Positions 16,587-25,566 of a stretch of 32,000 nt of DNA are shown here, in pieces; position 1 is the first letter of the stretch; every line of letters starts with the position of its first letter. The notes beneath the pieces are model-generated. The model was not told the origin of the DNA. It saw only the letters and a program-made list of their open reading frames with translations, and ran no database searches. Position numbers and translations under genes: made by a program. Location: the NCBI GenBank assembly GCA_021735045.1, contig JAIPHU010000002.1, positions 75,006 to 107,005 on the forward strand, read 5' to 3'. The DNA is from Candidatus Omnitrophota bacterium (GTDB taxonomy: Bacteria > Omnitrophota > Gorgyraeia > Duberdicusellales > 4484-171).

Positions 16587-17454
16587 ATTAAAGACCTGTC
16601 TTTATTTTTGTTTGTCTTTATTTCTAATTGCAGTAATTTTTGCTGCTTTTGGGAAAGTAAAGCAAAAAATAAGGCAACGTTTTTTAGAAAAACAAATTAA
16701 TAGTTATACATCTGAGTTTTCGGGAGAATCTTCTTTTATAATATATAAACCGGGTTTTTTTGGGATTGAATTTGCTCACAATCCAAATGAAAAAATTGCA
16801 GCGGCAAGTTTAATTAAGCTCCCAATTTTAGCGGCATCTTTTAAGGCAGTTGATGGGGGACGTATTGAATTTGAGCAAAAAGTTATAGTTGCTCCAAAAG
16901 ATATTACCGGAGGATCAGGTATTTTTAAGAAGGTAGCGATGCCTTTAAGTTTAACTTTTAAAGAACTACTTTCATTTATGATTATGGTAAGTGACAATAG
17001 CGCGACCAATAAAGTCATAGATCTATTAGGGATGGATTATATAAATCAGAGTTTCCTAGATTTTAACTTAAAGGACACGGTTTTAGAAAGAAAAATGATG
17101 GACTTTTCAAGCCGAAAGAAAGGTTTTGAAAACTACACATCAAGCCGGGATATTGTAACTATTTTAAAAATGATCTATCACAAGAAACTGATTAATCGGC
17201 GGTTTTCTTTGCTGGCTAGGGATTTATTATCACATCAGCAATACAATGACCGGATTGCTTATCTTTTGCCTGAAGAGATAGAAGTAGCTCATAAAACTGG
17301 CCTGGAAAGGGGAGTAGTCCATGATGCTGGAATTGTTTATGGCAAGAAAAGTGATTTTATCATTTGTGTTTTAACCCAAGAAGTTAAAAATTACAGGGAA
17401 GCCAAAAAATTTATTGCTAATCTTTCGCAATTGTCTTATAATTTTTTGAATTAA
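16552..17454 (+). CDS. Class A beta-lactamase-like serine hydrolase with an N-terminal membrane anchor
   Basis: SxxK (SLIK), SDN (VSDNSATN) and KTG (HKTG) motifs occur in the correct order and spacing. An N-terminal hydrophobic helix is present. The start overlaps the upstream gene by 35 nt. Confidence 0.7.
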   Translation: MSMNTIRKKNIKLKTCLYFCLSLFLIAVIFAAFGKVKQKIRQRFLEKQINSYTSEFSGESSFIIYKPGFFGIEFAHNPNEKIAAASLIKLPILAASFKAVDGGRIEFEQKVIVAPKDITGGSGIFKKVAMPLSLTFKELLSFMIMVSDNSATNKVIDLLGMDYINQSFLDFNLKDTVLERKMMDFSSRKKGFENYTSSRDIVTILKMIYHKKLINRRFSLLARDLLSHQQYNDRIAYLLPEEIEVAHKTGLERGVVHDAGIVYGKKSDFIICVLTQEVKNYREAKKFIANLSQLSYNFLN

Positions 17455-17467
17455 ATTTTAAATCAAT

Positions 17468-17770
17468 ATGTTTGTTGTAAGCAATCTTTTAGTCGCATTA
17501 GCTAAAATCTTAAATATAATCTTTACGGTTGTTTGGTGGTTGATTTTAATTCGGGCTTTGATTAGCTGGGTAAATCCGGATCCCTACAACCCAATCGTTC
17601 AATTTCTTTATAAGGCAACTGAGCCGATACTTTATCCAATTCGTAGATTGCTGCCGAATAGTTTAAAGTTTGGTATAGATATTTCACCGATAGTTGCCTT
17701 TCTAGCAATTGTTTTTCTTAGGTCTTTTCTAGTTCAAACTCTTTATCAGTTGGCAGTTAGCCTTAGATAG
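17468..17770 (+). CDS. yggT: YggT family membrane protein
   Basis: The 100-aa protein carries the LILIRALISWVNPDPYNPI motif typical of YggT/Ycf19. Confidence 0.8.
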   Translation: MFVVSNLLVALAKILNIIFTVVWWLILIRALISWVNPDPYNPIVQFLYKATEPILYPIRRLLPNSLKFGIDISPIVAFLAIVFLRSFLVQTLYQLAVSLR

Positions 17771-17820
17771 ATTAAGCTTAAATAAACTCTAAATTGATAT
17801 TTAGTTTTTTTTATCTTTGG

Positions 17821-17829
17821 TGGTATAAT
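17821..17829 (+). promoter_or_regulatory. Extended -10 promoter candidate (TGgTATAAT) for the ptsN-like operon
   Basis: TGgTATAAT lies at 17821-17829, 41 nt upstream of the ATG. No good -35 hexamer occurs at 16-18 nt spacing. Confidence 0.4.
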
Positions 17830-17870
17830 AAACAGTTTTACAATACTAATAAAAAAGAAAAGGAGGAGCT

Positions 17871-18335
17871 ATGGCGGTTTCAACTATTTTACGTAAGGAT
17901 TGTTGTCTTTTAGAGCTTAAAGGAAATAACAAAAAGGATGCAATTTGTGAAATTGGCGAGGAGTTAAAGAAGACTAAAAAAATAAAAAATTATCAGCAGT
18001 TTGTTAAAGATGTTTTAAATAGAGAAAAACTTGGTTCAACTGGCATTGGCAATAAAATTGCTATACCTCATGCAAGAACAGATTCAGTCAAAGATATTGT
18101 TATTGGTTTTGGTAAAACCAAAGAGGGTATAGATTTTAATGCTTTAGACGGAGAAAAGGTTAAGTTGATTTTTTTGATGGGAGCAAATCCAAAACAGTTA
18201 AATCTTTATTTACGTATTTTAGCAGAAATATCTAAACTTTTGATGAATGAAGGTTTTCGTCAATCTTTATTAGAGGCAAAAGAAGCAGATAAGATAATTA
18301 ATACAATTAAACATTTTGAAAATAATTTAAAATAA
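17871..18335 (+). CDS. ptsN: PTS EIIA (fructose/nitrogen-regulatory, PtsN-like) domain protein
   Basis: The 154-aa protein has the GIGNKIAIPHART phospho-histidine motif of the EIIA-2 family. A strong AGGAGGAG Shine-Dalgarno sequence is present. Confidence 0.75.
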   Translation: MAVSTILRKDCCLLELKGNNKKDAICEIGEELKKTKKIKNYQQFVKDVLNREKLGSTGIGNKIAIPHARTDSVKDIVIGFGKTKEGIDFNALDGEKVKLIFLMGANPKQLNLYLRILAEISKLLMNEGFRQSLLEAKEADKIINTIKHFENNLK

Positions 18336-18353
18336 ACCAATGAGGAGAAAAAA

Positions 18354-18818
18354 ATGAAGGTTAAAGAAGCAATGCGAAAAAATGTAGTAAAAGTGACTCG
18401 TTCGACCCCCCTAAAGACACTTTTTGATATGTTTGCTGATTTTCATTCTTTTCCTTTACTGCCGGTAGTTGATGCAGATGATAAAATTGTGGGGATGGTT
18501 CGCTCGGAAAACTTACTTGATATCCTCAGGCCGCAACAGACTAAATTATTTCGCAATATTCCTTTTGTGGATATAAAGGAAGAGGCATTTGATCTAGAAT
18601 ATTCACCTTCTTTGGGCCAATTAATAATTGTAGATGATATCATGGATAAAACCTATGACGCAGTTGATGAATTAGATTCTTTAACTGAAGCATATCGAAT
18701 AATGAACGATCTAGAAAAAGATAGGCTTTCGGTCGTTGATTCTAATCAGAAATTAGTAGGGATATTAGGTATTTTTGATATCATCAAAGCAATGTTTAAG
18801 CAAAAAGGAATTGTTTAG
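18354..18818 (+). CDS. CBS-domain pair protein
   Basis: There are two CBS-like units (VKEAM...PVVDADDKIVGMV; VDDIM...SVVDSNQKLVGILGIFDI). A GAGGAG Shine-Dalgarno sequence is present. Confidence 0.8.
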   Translation: MKVKEAMRKNVVKVTRSTPLKTLFDMFADFHSFPLLPVVDADDKIVGMVRSENLLDILRPQQTKLFRNIPFVDIKEEAFDLEYSPSLGQLIIVDDIMDKTYDAVDELDSLTEAYRIMNDLEKDRLSVVDSNQKLVGILGIFDIIKAMFKQKGIV

Positions 18819-18820
18819 CT

Positions 18821-20011
18821 ATGTTTGATGATCCAATCTTGAGTTTAGCGGTAATATTTATTGCAGGGTTTTTTCTTTCCAAAATTGTTGCGAAATTAAA
18901 AATCCCCACAATAACTACATATGTAATTTTAGGGATCTTGCTTTCTCCTAATTTACTAGGGGTGATTTCTCCTAAAATATTAGATGTTTCAGATATATTT
19001 TCGAATATAGTTTTAGGGATAATTGCATTCAGTTTAGGCAGAAGCCTTTCTTTAAATATTTTTAGGCGAATAGGAAAAGCAGTCACAGCCATTTCATTAA
19101 GCGCTTCTTTAATTCCCTGGATCTTAGTTTCGGTAGTTTTGTGGGTTGTTTTTAAACAACCCTTTGTAGTTGCGTTAGTTTTTGGGGCTATTGCTGCTGC
19201 AACTGACCCAGCTACTACTGTTGCTGTTACCCAAGAATATAAAAGTAAAGGGATGTTTACCGATACTTTACTAGGAATTGTTGCCGTTGATGATCTATGG
19301 GCTTTAATTATTTTTGGTTTTTCTTTTGCTTTGGCTCAAGCTTCTTTTGTTCAGGAGGCAACTTCTTTTCCAGTTTTAAAAGAACTACTTGTTGCTTTAG
19401 GAGAGATCGGAGGTTCTTTGCTTATTGGAGTTTTAGTAGCGTTTATTTTTAATTTTTTCTTGCGCTTCGTGCGCAATGCCCGAGACAGGTTAATTTATAG
19501 TTTAGGTTTTTTATTTTTAGCCATTGGTTTAGCTATAGTTCTAAAAATGTCTATACTGTTAAGCTGTATGTTTTTTGGCGCTTTTTTTGTTAATACAAAT
19601 TTATCTAATAATCATATTTTTGAAACTATAAGTGATATAACTCCTCCTTTATATTTAGTTTTTTTTGTTTTAGCTGGAGCTCAGTTAAATTTTAGTGTAT
19701 TTGCTGCAGCTATTTATTTAATTGGAGCAATTTTTATCCTAAGGATTTTAGGTAAAATTATTGGTGCTTTTTTTGGGGCAAAAATTACAAAATCATCTGC
19801 AAATATTCAAAAATATATGGGGATGGCCTTGTTGCCTCAAGCCGGGGTAGCTTTGGGCTGTGCCTTGGTAGCTAAGCACCACCTAGATAATAGCTGGGGT
19901 GATTTGATATTGACAGCAACTGTGGGAACGACAGTTTTTTTTGAACTTTTCGGCCCCTTAATCACTAAACGTTCTTTAGTAAAATCAGAAAATATAATAG
20001 AAGAACTATGA
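18821..20011 (+). CDS. Cation:proton antiporter, CPA2 (Kef/NapA-like), membrane domain only
   Basis: The polytopic 396-aa protein has ATDPATT and VAVDD (DD motif) signatures of the CPA2 family. No C-terminal RCK/KTN domain is present. It begins 2 nt after the CBS gene stop. Confidence 0.8.
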   Translation: MFDDPILSLAVIFIAGFFLSKIVAKLKIPTITTYVILGILLSPNLLGVISPKILDVSDIFSNIVLGIIAFSLGRSLSLNIFRRIGKAVTAISLSASLIPWILVSVVLWVVFKQPFVVALVFGAIAAATDPATTVAVTQEYKSKGMFTDTLLGIVAVDDLWALIIFGFSFALAQASFVQEATSFPVLKELLVALGEIGGSLLIGVLVAFIFNFFLRFVRNARDRLIYSLGFLFLAIGLAIVLKMSILLSCMFFGAFFVNTNLSNNHIFETISDITPPLYLVFFVLAGAQLNFSVFAAAIYLIGAIFILRILGKIIGAFFGAKITKSSANIQKYMGMALLPQAGVALGCALVAKHHLDNSWGDLILTATVGTTVFFELFGPLITKRSLVKSENIIEEL

Positions 20012-21231
20012 AAATTTCAAAACGAGAAAAAAAAGGAGTTTTAGCTTTTGTTTTAGCTGGGGGCAGAGGGGAGCGCTTGTATCCTCTGACTGCGGAAAGA
20101 AGTAAGCCTTCGGTTCCATTCGGGGGAAAGTATAGGGTTATTGATTTTACCTTAAGCAACTTACTTAATTCTGGCATTTTTTCAATATATGTATTAGTTC
20201 AATATAAATCCCAATCATTAATTGAGCATGTCCGGACAAATTGGCTTAAAGCTGGTTTTCTTCCCGAGCATTTTGTAACCATTGTTCCGCCTCAAATGCG
20301 TCGCAAAGAAAGGCAAGATTGGTATAAGGGTACAGTTGATTCTATCTATCAAAATATTAATCTTATCTATGATTTTAAGCCAAAGTTTATCGCTGTTTTT
20401 GGTGGAGATCATATTTTTCGTATGGACATTAAAAAAATGATAGATTTTCACCTTGCTAAAAAATCAAATGTAACTATTTCGGCAATTCCAGTAAAGGCTA
20501 ATGAAGCATCGCAGTTTGGTGTGCTTGATACCGATGTTGATTTTAAAGTTAAAGGTTTTGTGGAGAAACCTAGATTTTTTGGCAAAAATAAAATTTTAGC
20601 TTCAATGGGCAACTATATTTTTGATACAGAATTTTTTCTCCAAATCCTTGAAAAACAAACCCAGAAAGGTTTAATTGAAGATTTTGGAAAAGATATGATG
20701 CCATATCTGGTAAAAAAGAAAGCAAGAGTTTTTGCTTATGATTTTTCTCAAAATCAGATCCCGATGTTAAAACCTTATGAAGCCAACTACTATTGGCGAG
20801 ATGTGGGCACAATTAAATCTTATTGGCAGGCAAATATGGAGCTTTTAGGGGGAAAGCCTGTTTTAGACCTAAATAACTCCAGCTGGCCGATATATGCTTC
20901 TCATATTGATGCTGCTCCAGCTAGTATATTTGATAGCAAATTTGAAAATTCCTTAATCTGTGAAGGAAGCAAAGTATCTGGAGCTAAAATAAAAAACTCA
21001 ATTATTGGCAGATCTGTATCTATTGAATCCGGTTGTCAGATAGAGGATTCAATAATCATGGATTTTAGTGTGGTTGGGCCTAATAGCCGGATTAGAAAAA
21101 CAATCATCGACCGGTTTAATTTTATTCCCAAAGCCACCAAAATTGGATATTCTGCCAATCAAGATAGCCGACGCTATGACCTTGATTCATCAGGAATAGT
21201 TGTGGTTCCGCGCGGTTCCCACCAACTTTAG
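20008..21231 (+). CDS. glgC: Glucose-1-phosphate adenylyltransferase
   Basis: The N-terminal motif LAGGRGERLYPLTAERSKPSVPFGGKYRVIDFTLSN is present, along with a C-terminal left-handed beta-helix region. An ATGA overlap links it to the antiporter gene. Confidence 0.9.
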   Translation: MKISKREKKGVLAFVLAGGRGERLYPLTAERSKPSVPFGGKYRVIDFTLSNLLNSGIFSIYVLVQYKSQSLIEHVRTNWLKAGFLPEHFVTIVPPQMRRKERQDWYKGTVDSIYQNINLIYDFKPKFIAVFGGDHIFRMDIKKMIDFHLAKKSNVTISAIPVKANEASQFGVLDTDVDFKVKGFVEKPRFFGKNKILASMGNYIFDTEFFLQILEKQTQKGLIEDFGKDMMPYLVKKKARVFAYDFSQNQIPMLKPYEANYYWRDVGTIKSYWQANMELLGGKPVLDLNNSSWPIYASHIDAAPASIFDSKFENSLICEGSKVSGAKIKNSIIGRSVSIESGCQIEDSIIMDFSVVGPNSRIRKTIIDRFNFIPKATKIGYSANQDSRRYDLDSSGIVVVPRGSHQL

Positions 21232-21265
21232 TTTCTTTTTTTAATTCTCTTAGAGATGTTTTGTT

Positions 21266-21293
21266 TTGATTTTTGATTTTAGAATGATATAAT
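21266..21293 (+). promoter_or_regulatory. Promoter candidate for mgtE
   Basis: TTGATT (21266-21271), a 16-nt spacer, then TGaTATAAT (TATAAT 21288-21293). Confidence 0.45.
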
Positions 21294-21317
21294 TTTAATA
21301 CAAAAGTATAGGATATT

Positions 21318-22673
21318 ATGGAAAATCAAAAAACTAATTTAGCAAAAGAGGTTTCTCAACTAATTGACCGGAGAAACTACGGGAAAATAAAGAAGATTTT
21401 ACCCTTCCATCCTGAGGATATTGCCCATTTGATATCAGAGCTTAATTTTTCATCTCATAAGCTTTTTGTTTTTAGATTAGTGCCCTACGATAAAGCTGTT
21501 GATGTTTTTGAACATTTACCGGTAGAAGAAGAAGAACAAATATTAACAGGCTTAAATTCAAATGAAATTACTGATATTCTTAATGAAATGTCTCCGGATG
21601 ATCGTACTGAATTGTTTGACGAGCTTCCGGCAGAACTAGCAAAAAAATTTATAAATTTTTTATCAGCTCAAAAACGGCAAGTTGCTATTGAGCTTCTTAA
21701 CTACCCTCATGATTCAGTAGGCCGGTTAATTACTCCTGATTTTGTCCAACTTTTCGAAGGAATGTCGGTCGAAGATGCCTTAACTCATATTCGAAATGTT
21801 GGTTTGCGCAAAGAAACAGTTTATCATTGCTATGTTTTAGATAACAGCAAAAAGTTGATTGGCATTGTCTCGTTAAAAAAAATTGTTTTAGCTAAGCCAA
21901 ACACAAAAATTAGTCAGATTTTATCAAAAGATGTAATTTCTGTTTCTGCCTTTACTGATAAAGAAGAGGCCGCTGATGTATTCAAGCGTTACGATTTGAT
22001 TGTTTTGCCGGTTCTGGATAATAATAATAAACTGTTGGGTATTGTAACTTTTGATGATTTAGTAGATGTTTTAGAAGAAGAAACCACCGAAGATTTTGAA
22101 AAAGCTGCTGCAGTTTTACCGGTTGATAAACCTTATATGGACGCTAACTTTTTTGAACTTCTTTGGAAACGAAGTTTTTGGCTTATTGTGTTGGTGGTTT
22201 TTGAATCTACTTCAAGCTTGGTTATCAAAAGCTACGGACCATTAATTCAAAAATGGATTGCTTTAACTTTTTTCCTGCCAATTTTAATTGCAACTGGAGG
22301 AAATGCAGGTATTCAGTCTGCGATGATGATTATCAGAGGTTTAACTATCAAGAATATCAGTGTAAAAGATTTTTTTAAGGTTATTTTTCGGGAATCACTT
22401 CTCGGCCTTTCTATTGGTTTTATTTTAGCTTTGGTGGGTATAGCTCGCGTTTTGCTGCAAGAAGGAAATCAATGGGCTTTAAGCGTATCAGTAGGGGTTT
22501 CTATGGGGGTTACAGTTTTATTTTCGGCAATGATCGGTGCAGCTTTACCGATGATTTTTAGAAAATTAAAATTAGACCCAGCTTTCATGAGTGGGCCGAT
22601 GATTACAACTATTGTTGATATTTGTGGAGTGTTTATCTATTTTCAAATTGCTGCATTAATCTTAGGAATATAA
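21318..22673 (+). CDS. mgtE: Magnesium transporter MgtE
   Basis: The protein has an N domain (PEDIAHLISEL), a CBS pair and a C-terminal TM domain with the GGNAGIQS motif. Confidence 0.92.
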   Translation: MENQKTNLAKEVSQLIDRRNYGKIKKILPFHPEDIAHLISELNFSSHKLFVFRLVPYDKAVDVFEHLPVEEEEQILTGLNSNEITDILNEMSPDDRTELFDELPAELAKKFINFLSAQKRQVAIELLNYPHDSVGRLITPDFVQLFEGMSVEDALTHIRNVGLRKETVYHCYVLDNSKKLIGIVSLKKIVLAKPNTKISQILSKDVISVSAFTDKEEAADVFKRYDLIVLPVLDNNNKLLGIVTFDDLVDVLEEETTEDFEKAAAVLPVDKPYMDANFFELLWKRSFWLIVLVVFESTSSLVIKSYGPLIQKWIALTFFLPILIATGGNAGIQSAMMIIRGLTIKNISVKDFFKVIFRESLLGLSIGFILALVGIARVLLQEGNQWALSVSVGVSMGVTVLFSAMIGAALPMIFRKLKLDPAFMSGPMITTIVDICGVFIYFQIAALILGI

Positions 22674-22690
22674 CAAAAAAATAAAAAGTT

Positions 22691-23719
22691 ATGCAAAATA
22701 AACTAAAAATTTTATTTTTAATTTTTCTTTGTTTTTCTTTTGCCTTGTTAGCCGGATGTGGAAAAATTTCCCATGATATTAGTACAAAGAGAGCCAATTT
22801 CAAAAGTGATTATCTTAATTTAGAAAGTTTTTGTAAAAGATATGGGTTAGCTTACCAATACAATACTGTAGATGATATTATTAAATTGTACTCAAAAACT
22901 ACAAAAGCCGATCTACTTATTAGTTCATCGATCGGGGTCATAGACGGGAACTTTTTTTCGCTAAAAAGGCCAATTTTACAAAAAAATGGCAAAATTTTTA
23001 TTCCTGAACAGTTCCAAACTATTTTCCAGGCAAAATCTTATAAATCTCAACCTTTTTTTCAGATAAAAACAGTTATGGTTGATCCCGGCCATGGCGGTAA
23101 AGATCCTGGTGCTATTTCTAGGAGCGGGCTAAAAGAAAAAACAATTAATTTAATTGTTTCTAAAATATTAAAGAAAGAGCTGGAGCAAAAAGGGTTTAAG
23201 GTTTATCTAACCAGAGAGACTGATACCTACCTAAGTCTTAAAGAAAGAGTTGAGTTAGCAAAAAAATATAGGTGTGACCTATTTATAAGTATTCATGCAA
23301 ATGCAAATAACTCCTTGAGGGTAAAAGGTATTGAAGTGTATTATTTACGCTCAAACGAATTAGATAGTTTAAGGCGGGCTAAAAAACTTTCAAAGTTAAA
23401 CTATTTTATTGACAATAAAAGTCATCCGGGAGCTGAAACTATACTTTGGGACCTCAATTTAACTAAGAACTATCAGCTGTCAGTTCTTACATCAAATTCG
23501 CTTTATTTTACTTTTCATAAACTTGATTTTGATGTTAAGGCCCCTAGGGAAGCTAATTTTTATGTATTAAGGAATGCTTATGTTCCAGCCGTTTTATTTG
23601 AAATGGGTTATTTAACTAATCAAGATGAAGAAAGGTTTTTAAGGAACTCTTATTATCAAAAACAAATTGCTCAAACCATAGTCTTAGCTCTAAATTCTTT
23701 AAATAAAAAGCTAGATTAA
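22691..23719 (+). CDS. N-acetylmuramoyl-L-alanine amidase (Amidase_3), lipoprotein
   Basis: It has the lipobox LLAGC and the catalytic-domain motifs VDPGHGGKDPGA, SIHANA and FEMGYLTN. Confidence 0.85.
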   Translation: MQNKLKILFLIFLCFSFALLAGCGKISHDISTKRANFKSDYLNLESFCKRYGLAYQYNTVDDIIKLYSKTTKADLLISSSIGVIDGNFFSLKRPILQKNGKIFIPEQFQTIFQAKSYKSQPFFQIKTVMVDPGHGGKDPGAISRSGLKEKTINLIVSKILKKELEQKGFKVYLTRETDTYLSLKERVELAKKYRCDLFISIHANANNSLRVKGIEVYYLRSNELDSLRRAKKLSKLNYFIDNKSHPGAETILWDLNLTKNYQLSVLTSNSLYFTFHKLDFDVKAPREANFYVLRNAYVPAVLFEMGYLTNQDEERFLRNSYYQKQIAQTIVLALNSLNKKLD

Positions 23720-23736
23720 GGTAAGTTATTTTTTAA

Positions 23737-24543
23737 ATGAGTTTAAATAATATAAAAAATCAACCAATTGGTATTTTTGATTCTGGTATCGGAGGGTTAA
23801 CAGTTCTGCGCGAAGTTGAGAAGTTAATGCCTAATGAAAATATTGTCTATTTTGGCGATACAGCTAGAGTACCTTACGGAAATAAGTCTAAATTAACCGT
23901 AAAAAAGTTCAGCGTTGAAAATATACTGTTTTTGTTAGAAGAAAAGGTTAAGATAGTTGTGGTTGCCTGTAATACTTCATCGGCTTTGGCTCTTGACTAT
24001 CTTAATAATATTTTCCGTATACCAATTATTGGTGTAATTGAAGCGGGAGTAGATAAAGCATTAGCGGTAACTTCAGGTAAAATAGGAGTTATTGGCACAA
24101 AAGCTACCATTGAAAGCAGAGCCTATCAAGAAAATATTACTAGAAAAAATAAAGAAATTAAGATATTTTCGAAAAGCTGCCCCTTGTTTGTTCCTTTGAT
24201 TGAAGAAGGCCTAATGAGTGGGGAGATCGCCTCAAGGGTAGTTCAAATGTATCTAGATGATTTTAAAAAGAAAAAAATAGATACAATAATTTTAGGTTGT
24301 ACCCACTATCCTTTATTAAAAAAAGAAATTGCAAAATATTTACAAAGAGTTGATATAGTTGATTCAGCTTTTGAGGTTGCAACTCATACCAAAAGGGTCC
24401 TTGAGCACTTTAGGTTGACTAACGATAAAAAAACTAAAGGCAAAAGGAAGTTTTGTATAACTGATGAACCAAAGAATTTTACTAAATTTGCTAAGTTATT
24501 TCTAAAGAGAGTAATACCGGAGCCAAAGATTATCAATGTATAA
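23737..24543 (+). CDS. murI: Glutamate racemase
   Basis: GIFDSGIGGLTV, VVACNTSS and LGCTHYPLL motifs are present. Confidence 0.92.
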   Translation: MSLNNIKNQPIGIFDSGIGGLTVLREVEKLMPNENIVYFGDTARVPYGNKSKLTVKKFSVENILFLLEEKVKIVVVACNTSSALALDYLNNIFRIPIIGVIEAGVDKALAVTSGKIGVIGTKATIESRAYQENITRKNKEIKIFSKSCPLFVPLIEEGLMSGEIASRVVQMYLDDFKKKKIDTIILGCTHYPLLKKEIAKYLQRVDIVDSAFEVATHTKRVLEHFRLTNDKKTKGKRKFCITDEPKNFTKFAKLFLKRVIPEPKIINV

Positions 24544-24907
24544 GGTAAAAATTATAAAAAGTTTTAGTTCAGCTCATTACCTGGCTCAATACAAAGGAAG
24601 CTGCGAATCTTTACATGGCCATAACTGGAAGGTCGAAGTTGTAGTACAATCAGAGGAGCTTAATGATTTAGGAATGGTTATGGATTTTAGACAATTAAAA
24701 AAAATAACTGTTTCAATTATTGAAAAACTGGACCATAAATGCTTAAATGATCTAGAGTATTTTAAAATCAACACGCCCAGTTCTGAAAAAATTGCCCAAT
24801 ATATATATGAAAAAGTAAGCCAGAAACTGCCTCAAGATTGTCAACTGGATGAGGTCAAGGTATGGGAAACTGATAATTCCTGCGCTACTTATTCAAAGAA
24901 AAAATAG
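24536..24907 (+). CDS. queD: 6-carboxy-5,6,7,8-tetrahydropterin synthase
   Basis: The 123-aa protein has the HGHNWKVEV zinc/active-site motif and VWET near the C-terminus. Confidence 0.88.
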   Translation: MYKVKIIKSFSSAHYLAQYKGSCESLHGHNWKVEVVVQSEELNDLGMVMDFRQLKKITVSIIEKLDHKCLNDLEYFKINTPSSEKIAQYIYEKVSQKLPQDCQLDEVKVWETDNSCATYSKKK

Positions 24908-24909
24908 AT

Positions 24910-25566
24910 ATGAAAAAAAATAAGACTATTGTCCTTCTTTCCGGGGGGATAGATTCAGCAACTACTTTATTTTTGGCTAAAAAACAAAGCCTTACAGTTA
25001 ATGCTTTAGTCTTTGATTATGGACAAAAGCATAAAAAAGAAATTAGGTTTGCTAAACAAATAGCTAAAATCGCGAAAGTTAAATATAAAATTGTTAGGGT
25101 TAGGATGCCATGGTCAAGATCAAGTTTAACCGACAAGGCTAAAAAAGTACCGGAAAACTTCTCGGACAAAATCCCTTCAACTTATGTACCCGGACGGAAC
25201 ATAATTTTTTTAAGTTACGCAGTTTCTTTTGCTGAAAGTATAAAGGCAGATTCAATATTTATTGGAGCTCATACCCAGGATTACTCAGGTTATCCAGACT
25301 GCCGCAAAGTTTTTTTAGAAAATTTTAATCAGGCGATCAATCTGGGGATTGCCGGCAAAGCTATTAAGTTTAGGTATCCATTGATAAACAAAAACAAAAA
25401 AGAAATAATTCAATTAGGCCTAAAGTTAGGAGTTCCTTTTGAGTATACCTGGTCCTGTTATAACGGCCGGAAGCAACCTTGCTTAAAGTGTGAAAGTTGT
25501 CGGTTTCGGGTTAATGCATTTAAGCAGTTAGGCTTAAAAGATCCCTTACTTAAGAATAAAAAGTGA
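24910..25566 (+). CDS. queC: 7-cyano-7-deazaguanine (preQ0) synthase
   Basis: The VLLSGGIDSAT PP-loop and a C-terminal Cys cluster (CYNG...CLKCESCRFR) are present. Confidence 0.92.
   Translation: MKKNKTIVLLSGGIDSATTLFLAKKQSLTVNALVFDYGQKHKKEIRFAKQIAKIAKVKYKIVRVRMPWSRSSLTDKAKKVPENFSDKIPSTYVPGRNIIFLSYAVSFAESIKADSIFIGAHTQDYSGYPDCRKVFLENFNQAINLGIAGKAIKFRYPLINKNKKEIIQLGLKLGVPFEYTWSCYNGRKQPCLKCESCRFRVNAFKQLGLKDPLLKNKK

Noticed and set aside
21232-21317. A possible Mg2+ (M-box) riboswitch upstream of mgtE.
   Set aside because: The whole gap is only 86 nt and is almost entirely A/T. The M-box aptamer needs roughly 150 nt or more with GC-rich helices. A simple promoter explains the region.
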